In this document: positions 12,401 through 25,600 of the stretch, piece after piece
Position numbering within the stretch: position 1 is the first letter of the stretch
Layout: the number at the start of each line of letters is the position of its first letter
NCBI GenBank assembly: GCA_051362555.1
Contig: CM120645.1
Span: 7,130,001 to 7,194,000, forward strand
DNA length: 64,000 nucleotides
Reading direction: 5' to 3'
From: Lingula anatina
Taxonomy: Eukaryota; Animalia; Brachiopoda
The notes under the pieces: model-generated
Seen by the model: only the letters and a program-made list of their open reading frames with translations
Database searches by the model: none
Told to the model about the DNA's origin: nothing
Translations under genes and position numbers: made by a program

Positions 12401-15400
12401 AATATTTTAAACGCAAAAACCCTTGCCCGACCAATACATACACATGCACATGCATACACAGATACATGTACATTTCCATATACATTCTGGTACCTTGTGG
12501 TCCAGGGTTTCCTTGCTCTCCCTTGTTCCCTGTGGCTCCAACTGGTCCTTGAGCTCCTGCAGGTCCCACAAGACCCTGCTCACCCTTCTGACCAACCTCT
12601 CCTTTCTGGCCTGGGCTGCCTGTCGCACCCTGCGGCCCGGCTGGTCCGGCGACACCCTGAACACCCGCGGGTCCTGTTAAGATTGACAGAATGTTTGTTA
12701 TTAGTATACAAAGGATGGACATTGACGTACTTGTATGCTGCTAGAGTGCAACATTTGGGGGTCATTGTGTTCTTGTGAAAGCACAGGCACAGACATGAAT
12801 ATGTATAAGGTATAAGATATGTCGTAGAATTAACTTAATTTTGAGACATTTCGTGAAACATATCAATTTCATATTGGACTAGAAGTGACCTTTAGGGTCT
12901 CTGATCACCATTCTCTCTAAGAAGTTGACATTAATGACATAAGTATCCACGTCAACTTACCAGCAAACACAGAACGTTACTATAGCGTTACAATAACGTA
13001 TTTTATTATATAAACGTTACGGTAACGTTCTAATAACGGTCTATGTTTGCAGGGTTCAAGTCACGCCATGTCAGCTGTGTCGCTGCCTTGGTTTGCCGGT
13101 GATGCCATTAGCACCAAACCCGTAGACCAAACACAGAAAAATTCATCGAAGTGAGTAGCATGTTATCACACAATTTTAAAAATAGATTGCATCGCATCTC
13201 CAACATAGTTTAATGCATTTAATAAACAAACAAACAAACAAACAAACAGATTAATAAGTAAACGTTCAGCAAATTAAAAAACACCTACATAAATGAACAA
13301 ATAAACAAAAGAGAGAATGGTAAACAAATTTACCCCGATTAAGATAAATAAAGCTCGACACAATTCGAATTTTAAAATGATTAAAAACGCGTAATAATTG
13401 TAAAAAATATTAATCATGTACTTGTATACCTTGAAGACCTTGGGGTCCCATGGGTCCTGCCACCCCAGGAAGACCCTGACTCCCCTTCTCTCCCGCTGGT
13501 CCCCTGGCACCCTGCAACCCGGGCAATCCCTGGGGACCCACGGGGCCTTGTGCTCCCATTGGTCCGTTAGCACCTTTAAAGTATGAATATATATATATAT
13601 ATATATATATTATATTATTACATTATTTGTAATTGTATTTGCATTGAGAGATGTTGATACTGATGAGACAATCCTAAATATGTATCCTGATGGAGATGAC
13701 GGCCGAAACACTATATGAATGTTTTAACTAGAATTAATTGTTTTCAAACAGTGGTGTTTCTGCAAATTATGTCACAATATTAATTTCTCCATGAAGGTGA
13801 TGAAAGATCAAATGAATAATTCTGTAACAGTACAAGTAGACTCTTAACTGACACTGTATAAAATTCAAAATAAACCACATTCAATCTTATTATAATGATC
13901 TTGAATTAATATATATGTGTACAAAGCAAATGTAAAGAAGACATAAATCAACATATAATTCCAAAAGCAGCTAACTCAAATTCATAGCAACACGCACCTT
14001 GAAGTCCGGTCGGTCCCGGGGGTCCACCTGGACCTGCTGGTCCCAGGGGTCCTGTGGGTCCAGGCACGTTGACCACCTGAACGCCGGGATTTACTGGAAT
14101 TACAGTACAATATATTACAACTGACTGCAGTATAAGAACAAACCAATTTTTATCAAATGGGCAGTGCTATCATAAAAAATAAAAAGTAAGCCAAGGGAAT
14201 GGAAGTGTATGTGCAATACTTGTCTTCACTCGTTTGGACGTATTTGTTTATTAAATTTGTTATATTCTACTTTTGATAATTACCGGTAATTTACTTACTC
14301 ATGTTAAACAGTGATATATTAGTAAAGCAAGTGATGCAATTCTTGCAATTGGATCCACAGTTAATCCTCAAAGTGTTTGAGATTTTAAAAAAATTAGCAA
14401 CAACTGCAGCATGTGGTTAAAAGGATATTGCCACAGATTTGTGGCGTTTACAAGATGGTCGTGACTTCATTTGCTGAGTTTTTGTAGAAAGCACCATAGC
14501 TGACAAATTTATTCGAATGAAAGTGCACGTTCGCAGGTAACAAAGCCAGTATACTATCAAATTACCTAGTGATACACTGTACTTAACTAACAGCATAATA
14601 TCAAATGGTTAAGGTTTAAAAATTATTTTTTAAACAGCAATATATCACAGAGCGCTTAAACGTAAAGAGATATAGGCTTATGTAGCAAATTACTGGGCGG
14701 TATAGCGTGTTCTCCCTATTACCTGCCAAGGTCGATATATGCTTGTTTTTTATCCAATAAGTCTAGACCCCATCCACTTTATTGCCGCCGAGGAATCTCA
14801 TCTTGGAGTCGTTAAGAATGAGCAAATATAAGGAACAATATCTATGTAGAATAATTATAGAATAAATTATGTACACAGCCCAATCTAAAGAGTGTCTTTT
14901 TAGCCTTGAGGAATTGCAATGTGATACCCTAACTCTAAGCCAGAGAGCAAAAATAAGTACAATCGAATGCATTTAAAATCTTGGTCGGTGAATGTGAGGT
15001 TTCACGTTTCGTGGCTTATATCAAATACAAGAAGCTTGGGTGAAATTTTATATACAGCATGTAGTAAGTTCATAATGTACTGGAGGCCTTGTTTGAGAAC
15101 CCAACACGGACAGGAAATATTATTGACTTTATGCTAAAGATCATCAATAAGTTGTCAAATCAATCACTTCTTCTAAACCATAACGTTTTTATGCTAAATG
15201 TTAATTGCCCGGGCCCAAGAGAGCTCGCATTCGTTCTTGTGACATCCCGATTTGGATTTTTTTGCAGCCTTACACGTTACTGACTACGCAATGGCTGATC
15301 GCAGTGGCTGATTAATATTAGTAAAATAAAAATTGTTTAATATTCTAGATCTCGATCCCAGGTACAAGTATCTGCTTGTGTCCAAGACGCAGCCGGTGGT

Positions 15401-18400
15401 AGGCTTCTGAACTAATGGGAATTTTTACTTTGTCACGGAGAGGGCCAGTTGAGATATATCTGCTATTACAATCGATAGCCCGGATGGAGTATTTCATGCC
15501 GCGCAACCCCAGTCCCCGACCATGGTCTTATCATTAACTTTCTTTGACTATATGGTTTTGTTTCATACTTAGATTAAGTTTGGCTTCACCTATGACGTTT
15601 AAGAGCACAACGGGGTCAAAGGCTGTTCACATTGGGACGGCTTTAGATTTAGCAAACCCCTGAGAAGAGGATATTATTAAAAAGCCTTCAAAAGCAGTGT
15701 AAAAGCTGGTGCGCTTTCCATGCAACTAATTCCAACGTTTCAAATTTGAGAAAAAAATATTTGGAGTAATACCGCCGAGAAGATATCTTTTTTTCTGCTG
15801 AATACAGTTTACAGGTGATATGACGTGATTCTATACAGGGCGCGTTCCTAGATAAATGACTTTTTAAAACTATGAGTTTCTTTTATACCGAGGTTTAGTT
15901 TAGCTTCACCTATGATGTTAAAGAGCACTATGGCACTTACCCTGCGCAGTGATACAGAGGCCTTTTCCTTTGTAACATTGGATGTTGGCTCTCCCACCTC
16001 CCGTTGCATTGTTGGATAGAACATCAACAGCTGAAAAACAAAAATATTGACTATAATTCTACACTAGTATATAAAGATTAAAGATAATATTATATAGACT
16101 GCGAAGAAATTCTCGCAAAATCATTCAGATATACATATTTTTAGTAAGAAATTTTACTGCAGACTGCAGAAAATGACTACAGGAATTGCCACAAAAGAGA
16201 CAATTCTTTACAAGTACGTCTTTTAAGACTGGGAATATTAACAAAACAACCATTGCAGAGGGTTTGATTAAAATGCATGATGTTAGAACGCTCTTGCGAA
16301 GACGCATTCCGAACATACATGTATATTCACTCACGCTTCATTTCAGACGAATTCACTCTAACAAAAGTAAACATATTTTCCCTTTCACCAGAACCCTAGA
16401 TATAAATAATGGAGTACAATATACCAGGTGAACCTGGTATACACATATAATACCAATACATGTCAATATTAGAACAAACAGAACTGTGTAGAACCTTGAC
16501 CTAATGAGTACTACTTAGTATTCATGTCCATGCTACTCATCTTTTAGTATATTTTTTTCGCCTTTTTTCATCAAAAGAAAACCGATCACGCAATCCAATT
16601 CGAATCAACTCTGAATTAATTAACCTATTATAAATATCCCAAATGTTAACCCAATTGAATACATTTCATATTTCTTTCTTGACTGTCATCTTATATTGTT
16701 GAAATTCCTTTATCTTCCGACCCCGCTAAACGGAGGGGATGGTGGGGGAGGGGTTACGAGAAAACTAGGGGGCACCACGTTCCGGGAAGGTATAGATTCA
16801 AAGTCGTTAACTGGTACGCAGCCCCTTATTCTGTGTTCAGTTGCAAACAACTGGAAAAATAATGCGCTTTTCTCGTCTTTTACTTTTTAAATCTAGATCA
16901 TTCCCAAAAGTTCACCACTATTGATTATATCATAGATATCCCCCTTAGCATCACACAGACAATTTTCTAAATTGGCTGAATCTAGGGTATTTGTCTTCCT
17001 GTTGCAGTGGGTGTAGTGTTAATTCAAACCTATTAAAAACCACTAAGCACATCCAAGTGAAGCCGCTTTTGCTTTTGTTAGAAAAGAAATGTTGGGGAAG
17101 TTAGTAGACAAATAGATCGAGCACAATGGCTTACAAATCAATGGGTGACAGATTGTGATCTCTGATATTACTTCTTTGAAGACTTTTAAAAATCCTTTGA
17201 TGGAAAATCAGCACTTATTGAAAGGAGTGTTACTTAACAGATCGGCACTGTTAACGACACCCCTTTTGAATTTGCTACGAATGGCTTTATTACATCATAT
17301 AATATCATGCCTCGGCGACTTATCGTCGAGTATATCCCCCGCATAAACAAAGGTATGAAACTTAAGTTTTGAATTAATGGGATGCTGACAAAACTCTTAC
17401 GTTCAGGACAAAATGCACTCAATGACCGAAGGCAAAATTATAATCAAAACTACAACTCTCCTTTTTCAAAATTAATTTATTATCTGATCTCATCCAGTGT
17501 CGTTTTGAGCTTTTAGACTTTTAGTCCAGTAAGGGAAAAACATAGGCTGGAAAAAATGACATTCGATTGCAGTTATCAAAAGGAACTAGAAAAGTCATTA
17601 AAATTGAATTTTTTTGTGAAAATAAAGTAAGTTGATGTATTTTAAGTTGTTTTGGACCCTTTGACATATATACATGACCTTGACCTCTGATGACTTTCAA
17701 ACTATTTTCAAATGAAAGGCCATACCTTTTTCATAAGAAATAATATCTCTCACAAGTTTCTAAGTTACCCGGATGAAATGATGTGCCAATTTGAATTTTT
17801 CCCTACGCATTGGCGGCCATTTTAGATTTTTGCACTTTACCAGGATTCAGGTGGGAAAAATCTCAGTACTTTTGGTTCATCACTGAGCCGTGTTCAGTTG
17901 AGAAATTTTCGTTAATATTTTTTTCAAATCCATTGAGTAAAATTGCTCATTTACTGGCCCATCTCTTCCGAAACTCAAAGAATGACATAATTCTATATAT
18001 ATTACTATAGTCCTTACGTTGAATTCACTGCATACACTGAACTATAGCAACCTGGCTTGTATATATCTTATATCCATTGAGAAATACTTATAACTCATAA
18101 AACAAAAAATAACATCTTTCGCAGGTGTAGTACATATAACGGTGCAGGGTACAGTAACGCCCCTCCTGACAATCAGCTGCACGAGGACGCCTGCCTGGTT
18201 ATACTACCGACGCTGAATACTACTCCCACAGAAACCAGATCATTAAGAAGTACTGAATTTTACACCAGGATTGAATGTGCTCCACAATCCTTAACCCTGA
18301 AACCTATCCCTAAGATATGGACATCCGATCACTATAATCCGCAGTTTTCTTTAACCTGGGAGGATAAAGCTAAAACCTGAAGTAGATCGAGTTGGACTTC

Positions 18401-19410
18401 ACGAAAACAAAGAGAATTTGCATGCTAATTTCATTGGTATATATTTGCATATGTAAAACTCTAAAATGGCTAAAATGATTTAGCGCGCCCTTAATACTGA
18501 AGATGTGCAGTTTTTTAAAGACCAGTCGCTCGATGTTTTTCTTCAAGATACTTAATAACTTAATAAATGATATACTATCCTTGATGCCTCACTGCGCTTA
18601 ATAAGCTTTCTTTACAACTTATTATTTGGCCATCTGCCGTGCTGAAGATATTGTTGAGTATATTCATACGTGTCATGTATATTTTACAATGGAGTCATAA
18701 AGAGAAAATACATGGCCATGGGTATCTGAAACATGAAATAATTTACGCATCTTTTGCGACCAAGATTTAATAACATTGGCACGTCATAAATGTAATACCA
18801 CATTGGAAATAAGTTTAAGGACTTATATATGTCACCCTGACATTTATATAGCATATATGTCTATATACGATAAATAATTCATTCATTCGCCCGCCATCAA
18901 ACATAGAAGCGTCTGATACACGCATAAATTTGCCATTGTAGGGGATGGCCATAGCTAAAAGTAACAGTTTAAAAGCAGGGTCGTTCAAATGTTTTCACTT
19001 TTTTATTCGCACATATATAAGGAGCAGCGTAACGGAATTTCTGCCTAATGGGTTGATGCTGTGATCAATATAAAAGACGATGCAACTAAGACTGTGGCCA
19101 TCGCGTAACCATTGTTCAGACTAAGTTATTTGTAATATTATCAATGCGTGACAAATTGCTGCTGTAATTTTTAACAAAACAGCAACACAATAACGATCCA
19201 TTGTTCAACAATCAAAACAAAGAACAATATATATTTCTTCAGTTTGGTAAATAAATCAATATTATATTTTAAAGAAGGGGGATGTTAAAAATTACTTCCT
19301 ATATGCATTTCTGGGAGTGCCATTATGATATGAATAATTAAAGACTCACCTCCCTCAAGCAGTAACACCGCCAGTACCAAAAAGGGCGTGGTCCTGTCGC
19401 GTCCGGCCAT
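598..19410 (-). CDS. Gene G1: collagen-EGF protein (signal peptide, ~580-aa Gly-X-Y domain, EGF-like modules, RRRR site, TM helix, truncated tail); ~930 aa if all exons are used, ~802 aa if it ends at TAG 1827-1829
   Basis: Manual exons, 5'->3' on the minus strand: 19410-19350 ([20 protein letters not shown]), 16030-15941 (..QCYKGKGLC..), 14093-13998, 13573-13430, 12673-12494, 12250-12110, 11984-11778, 11512-11378, 11015-10881, 10314-10180, 9772-9566, 4781-4647, 4351-4280, 3642-3442, 3053-2928 (EGF), 2667-2569, 2292-2170 (EGF), 1948-1835, 1666-1544, 1327-1190, 728-598 (TM, TGA). All introns are GT-AG and phase 1, and the frame is continuous. Use of the last three exons is uncertain. Confidence 0.85.
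757..880. repeat. (TAAT)n and (AAT)n microsatellites
   Basis: Direct reading. Confidence 0.9.
4838..5009. mobile_element. Possible short Helentron/HINE-like repeat
   Basis: Internal inverted repeat AGTCCGC/GCGGACT, a CTAACCCTAACC motif and an ..ACACCGGC end. Family assignment is tentative. Confidence 0.3.
5277..5326. repeat. (GT)n followed by poly-G
   Basis: Direct reading. Confidence 0.9.
6300..8040. mobile_element. Foldback-like element: inverted arrays of degenerate ~155-bp tandem units
   Basis: Units GGTGTGGCCGTCCCTGGGG..ATCGTTATTC.. repeat in 6300-7020. Their reverse complements (CCCCAGGGACAGCCACACCC..GTCACA) repeat in 7510-8040. Boundaries approximate. Confidence 0.6.
7032..7377. mobile_element. 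Palindromic MITE-like insert with ~130-bp imperfect arms
   Basis: GAAATGTAGAG..AATATAGGTCA..ATTCAAG..CAGGAATCCTAG is mirrored by CTAGGATTCCTG..CTTGAAT..TGACCTATATT..CTCTACATTTC. Confidence 0.65.
9453..9488. repeat. (CA)n microsatellite
   Basis: Direct reading. Confidence 0.9.
12959..13055. mobile_element. Small MITE with CCAGCAAACAC / TGTTTGCAGGG termini
   Basis: Imperfect TIRs with several internal AACGTT-like repeats. Confidence 0.6.
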
Positions 19411-22400
19411 TTTTAACAAGGCGATGCAACCTGTTTTGGGTGCTTTTAGTTATCCAGATATAGCTGTCGTCGTTGGCGTGTCACTTCCTACAGCTAAAAT
19501 AGAAAAAAACACAAATCTTCATTTTAAAAGGGTAACTTAATCGAGCAAACAATGCTGTATGTTAAGTCAATATCACTTCCGAGGCTTATATCATGTAACG
19601 ACCCCCCTCCATTTATAAATGTGCAATGCAAAACATGTTTTTGAAATTTGGTATTACCTCTTAATATAGCCATCTTTAAACATGTATTTTTTTAAAGATG
19701 GAGACTTTTTTGCGTAAATAAAAATACAAGTGACCTGCACACGAACACCCGTAAGATCACTCTTTCCCAATACCATTAAACCACCACCCTGAGCAGAGTT
19801 CTAATTAATAGCTAACTTTCACATTTATCATAATGAACATTCATTTTTAGTGAAAACTTTGAAAAAAGTGCTATTATAAAACTTAAGTGCATGGCCCTAC
19901 CGTGCGCTATCCGATTAGGAATGCGGCCTACGGGGTTCACGCCCTGTCTATGCGGACCCTATTAGCTTTGGGACGCTCTAAGAGAGAGTGGGTTGAAGAG
20001 AGTCTCCCCCTTACCACGCATAAACAAACAGACCCAATACGATAACCAAACATGAGCACTCATGTCATTGCACGTACTTATTTCTCCCATTCTTAAGGAG
20101 GCCCATTGTTATGTAATCGCTGAGTCGATTCGTATGATGGCGTGGTAGATTTAAAGGTATACACTTGGATGCTTTGTAAGCTGAACGCTTACTCGATGAA
20201 CAGTGACCAGGGCAACTTTGCCAAAGGAAAGGATCAGCGTTGGACAAAAAGACAGTGTTGGATGATATTTTAATATGTGTATGTGGCAAAAGGCCATTGG
20301 CTTTCGGGATACCACCAGGCAATTCCCTGCAGTTACCCAAGGGTGAATAAGAACCCTTTGACTACAGTATCAATTCGCTTCGATCGTACATGTTTATACA
20401 TTTTGTCGAACTGCTCGGTCGACGCACTAATATCTAATTTTACTATACCCAATGAATCACTTGATAGTTAATATTTATTTCTACAAGAATGGACTCAATT
20501 AATGGAACTTCATGCGTGTCCTCCCACCCAAGCTCTCTCTCTTTTGCAAGGGAAGCGATCAGTTGTTTTTCTTTTCCTGACCATTAAAGCTCTAAAGATA
20601 TTAATTAACAGATGTATAGAGTATATTTCATATTTAAACCTTGAATGGCACACAAAAGTCATTCACGGGTATTGAACAAGCATATTTAGGGAGTGGTCTT
20701 AACAAAACAGAAACGCTAAGCGTCGTGTTTTCCTCGGTAAACCTTCATTTATGAATGGGTGAGATTTTGTTACTGCTCGCCGCCGCATCTATAAGAAGTG
20801 GGGTCATTAAATAAAGTGATACAGAAAATCATGGTAGGGGGCATTGTTGAAGTCGTAATTTTGTAAATTTGGATGTCTTTGATAATTAAACACAAACCAA
20901 GAATTTGAGACACGTTTCTGTTGATGCCAAAGGGGGCTAACCAACAATGCTGTCTAAACGTAAGTGTATAGCAGAACTAAAATTTTTAGGGCATCAAGTT
21001 CGGGATGAGAAAATTTATAAAGCGTTAGACGTCCTTATGTATGTATTGCGTAATAAAGTAATGATATTAAATGCATGGCTATTGAATTAAATTTTTACCG
21101 ATATGCATATATATATATATATATATATCTTGGTTCAGAACATACGTTCTTGACACCCCCTGTCCGTCTGAAACCTAAAGTCAATATATGTGTAAGGGGT
21201 TAAAGTTACACGCATGCTTGCTTATTATATAAACACTGTGCTATGTGTGAGAGAGGTGTACACGGGCGTGTCCAGCAAAGATCACAAGGGCAGGGTGGTG
21301 CACGGCGTTTGTTGTCCAGATGACGGTCAACCGCGAAATCATGAGACCCTCAGTTGCCGTCCGAGGATTGTGATCTTCGTACGCCTTCCAACGTGGTTGG
21401 TTATGCGTCTCCGCATGGGCGTGGTATCATGATGCGAAGTCGTTTCTTTGTAGTTAGTAAAAACTTTAATTCTCATTTTTTCGATCACATTTCTGTAGCG
21501 TAGGCACAAAAAGCACAAGAATATATTTTGAGTATAATTTTGCGTAGTCATGATTATTTGTTCACTAATTCTATTCAAAGAACACGATTTTGTAGAGACT
21601 ATTTGAAGAACTTGATTTTGTATTTGGACTAATAGTTGTTCAGGTACTGTACATGTACTTCTTTACACTTTCCAAATTAAGCAAATTGCCGTTGATTCAT
21701 TAAAACAAAACTAGATTACATATTTACATAAATGCTTTGACTTTAATAAAAATATATATCTTAGAAATATATATATATATATATATATATCACTTATCAT
21801 GTCTCTTACATCTAAAATTGTTAACATTGCTATGGACATAATAACAAAAATATCTGCTTTTTTGCGGTTGTGACCCTTAAGACGGGGTCTTGAAACTCCA
21901 TATAGACGTTTTTCACATCATTTGTTTATGATCAAATCTGCAAATCGGCACTCAACAGTTTTCCTCTTTTTTCATACAATTCTTAAATGGATCACACATC
22001 GGCTTTTTCTTTATCAATGAATCACTATTTTCTGCCAGTTAAAAGTCTGCATTTAGCTATATGAAAGAAAGTTCTCCTTTTAAAACTAAATCGATAGCAT
22101 GTTGAAGTTTTGAACACGACAGAGTAATGTCCGTTTAGTGCAGTGTACTCAAGACTTCAGAAAAACGCATTAATTGTATTTTGAACGATGAATTTCGTAC
22201 GTGGTCACTTTGAAATTGTATTCAAAGGCAAATTTGAAATTATGCAACGAAGTTACATGGAGATGTAGGCGAATTGCTAGCTGGAAATATATATTCTATT
22301 CAAATGAACGGCGAGAATGTTTTATAATACCTCCATGTTTAGGTCACGGTCCAATTATTAAAACACAGTAAATGTGTTTTTGCGTATCTAATCTTGACCA

Positions 22401-22623
22401 CAAGAATCACTGTTCTTGGCTATCTTTTTACTTTCTGCCAGAATTCGTGATTCAATATCAATTACCACTCAAAACCCTACACAGCTTACAAAACAAGTCC
22501 CCTTTTATCGCGAAAAAAATAAAAGCCCGCTAATTCTAATCTGAATCGGACATTGGGGCTATGACCGAGTCCGGACGTTCTACGCTTATACTACAGATGA
22601 GTTACATGAGATAAAAACTCTCT

Positions 22624-25600
22624 TCAGGGTTTGGCAGGGCCACCTATGGTGGTCGAACTGTTGGCTGGGATATCATCAAAATTGTATGCGGCGGATTTCT
22701 TGGATCCGTTTGAATTTCTCTGCCTCACACAAATGGCGAAGCTGCCCAGGAGGTGGACGATCATCGCCCCAGTGATGACGGCGATCCATATGGTCAACAC
22801 GTCTGTGCCAAGGCCGACGAACTGGGCGGCGGTGGGCACGACGCCTGTAAATAAATAAACAAATAGATAAATAAATAATGAGCAGCATACAGCAAATTAC
22901 TGCTTCGAATACTGAAGTGCACGCTGAATAATGACAACAACAACAATAATATTTCTTTAATAATCAAATATTCATAACATTTAAAATTGTGAATATTTAC
23001 TCAATATGTCACGTTGGTAAATACAACTATACATGGCACATGTCAATGTACATTATAAACACTCAAAAGTTTACAGAAATAATGACCTTAAAAAGTACAA
23101 TACAATTATGATGATTAAAATAGTTACAATCCTGCGCGTGTAGCGTAAACTTCTAGTTCACTCCGACACGTTTCTGCCGTGAGATATCGTTTTTTGCCGG
23201 TGAAGGACGTTCATTCATATTGCACGATTCTGGCAAACTCTCAATCTAATACCCACCTGTCTCGCCACTGCCTGTCTGTGCCCCTGTGGTGGCAACGATG
23301 GCGGTCGTCTGAAAACACCTGTAGCTACCGTACGAGTTGATACAGGCAGCTCCAGATGGACACAACCTGGCCGCTGTAGTGGCGTTTGCACACTCATCAA
23401 CATCTAGCAGAAATTGAAAAAGGAAAAGAATTTTGTGTTAAGGTGTTTTTTATATGCAGGGCTGGACCTTACAGGCACACGAGTGATTTACACATTCCGC
23501 TTTTAAAATTGCCCTTGGCCACTAAACGTTAATGTAAAGTTGACATTCAGAAGCTTTCTGAATATTAATGTGGTCCTCTCTGAATTGTTTAAACCCTCAA
23601 AAGCACTTACCCACACACGTGTGCATGTCTGGTGCTAGGCGGAACCCTGGTTGACAGGAACAGAAGTAACTTCCGTCTGTGTCCGTGCACCTGTGCTGGC
23701 AGCCGCCGTTTCCGACTGTACATTCATCAAAATCTGAAACGAGGCGGATGTTGTTTATGAAAATGCTAATCATAAATTAGATTGAGAATTCGGTTCAATA
23801 TAAACCACATTACGTTGTTCACCTCCTTTGAGATCAGCTTTATTAGTGAAGTAGATGCGAAAAATTGTCGAGAAGCACAACTCATCCTTGCAATGACCAT
23901 GACAGGAATTTTGTTTTACAAAACCCGCCTTTAAAACTTCCACTTACTTATACAGTCTGTTCCATTGATGGGTATCAGGTCGTCTCCAATTCTACAAATA
24001 CACTGGTAGCCTGCGTCCAAGGTTTCACGACAGCTGATATTTTCGACTAAAAGAAGAAATAAAAAGAAATCACATCCAGTCAATTGAATAAAACTTAGTT
24101 GTGTTTGTTGTAACAGTTTCTGCTTCAGATCACTACGATATTTTGTTTGCACTAACAATATACCGGATAACAAATTATCTTCCTAATCCCCAGTGGCAAA
24201 ACTGTGCACAAACTACAAACTGACAGAAAATTCAAACAGTAAACATGGCTTCAAAGGGATCGTCGGGCTTAACAGAGTCCAAATTGAAAAAAGTTTAACA
24301 AACTGTTAACAACATGAGTTTATAGGTAGCAGAACAGCTAGTGAACAAATTATGATTAAAAATTCAAGTTACCTAACCAAAACTATATTTTATTTAACTA
24401 TATTTTTTCTTGAACTTAAAAAGGCGCTCGCTTATCTTTGATAAATCCTAGTGGTCGATATTGATTTTTCTCGAGTTTTCCTCAACTCGACTGTTCGGAA
24501 ATAATTGAAGAGCTTTAAATGGGGTGCCTTCAGTATAAACTCCCGGGCCGCCTTTTACAAGATAGAAGCATAAACTTACGTGTGCAGCCAGGAATGGTGA
24601 GGGGTTCGAGTCTGTATCCAGTCCTGCACGAGCAGCAGTATCCATCATATGTATCCACACAGATCTGAGAGCAGTTGCCGTTGTTGATCTCGCACTCGTT
24701 GGTGGCTGAGAAATGTGAGAAACGAATATTACAGACATTAAAATACAACAAGGTGTTTGTTTTCGTGTTAACACATACATGTACACTGTACCTCAAGTTA
24801 ACTGACAACACACTGTAATTTGCATACATGCATCAGGCGTTATTGTGACATTGAAGGAAAATTTAGATATCGCTTCCAAGGGCGATGATAAGAAGAACAA
24901 GAAGAAGAAGAAGAAGAAGGAGAAGAAGAAAACGAAGAAAAAAAGAAGCTACTCACCAAATGGTGAGGCTGGACCTGGCGGCCCGGGGGGTCCTGGAGGT
25001 CCACCCGGTGGTCCAGGGGGTCCTGAAGGACCAGGGGGTCCAACTGAACCGGCTATCCCCTGGATCCCTGTCTGTCCGATGTCACCTCTAGACCCCTGTG
25101 GTCCCCTCTCTCCTGTTGGCCCTCTCGCCCCGGTGTCTCCCGTGTCACCTCCGGGTCCTACCAACATTATGTGCAATTTCTTAGACTTATTATTACCTTT
25201 TTTACTTTGAGTTGCTGATAATGTACATTTTGGGCCTGCAACAATTTGCCGCGTACGGATGATTGCACAGGATAAGAAAGCAAAAGCAACCGATGAAATC
25301 GTACTTATTTTTAACGACCATTTATAGTTTTTGCATACGGATACTTTCAACAAATAATTAATTTGCATGATATTACTTTTGAAAATATACCAATATTAAA
25401 GGTAGCATTTCTCTTAACACTTGTTTTTACAATTAAAACTCATAAAGTACAAACAGACTTGCCTGCTTGTCCTGTCTGACCGGAAGCTCCAGTAACGCCT
25501 CTATCGCCCAAATCGCCCTTTAGTCCCTGTGGACCTATATAAAAAGAAGTTATATCTTGTAAAACACTTAGTAAAATGGCCCATCAGTGGGATTATAAAC

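Noticed and set aside
15575-15935. ~35-bp direct repeat (GCTTCACCTATGAYGTTWAAGAGCAC) about 320 bp apart
   Set aside because: Small local intronic duplication with no further structure.
15442-17960. GGGCCAGT ... ACTGGCCC as possible TIRs
   Set aside because: Only 8 bp match, no TSD, and the span would include G1 exon 2. The 17500-17960 part may be a repeat remnant but cannot be classified.
21230-21440. GC-richer intergenic patch with short ORFs on both strands
   Set aside because: No recognisable protein motif, splice context or RNA structure.
24845-25210. Plus-strand Pro/Gly-rich ORFs over collagen exons (also 26422-27018, 45084-45365, 46690-47283 and others)
   Set aside because: Antisense or off-frame shadows of GC-rich Gly-X-Y codons; splice signals support only the minus-strand frame.
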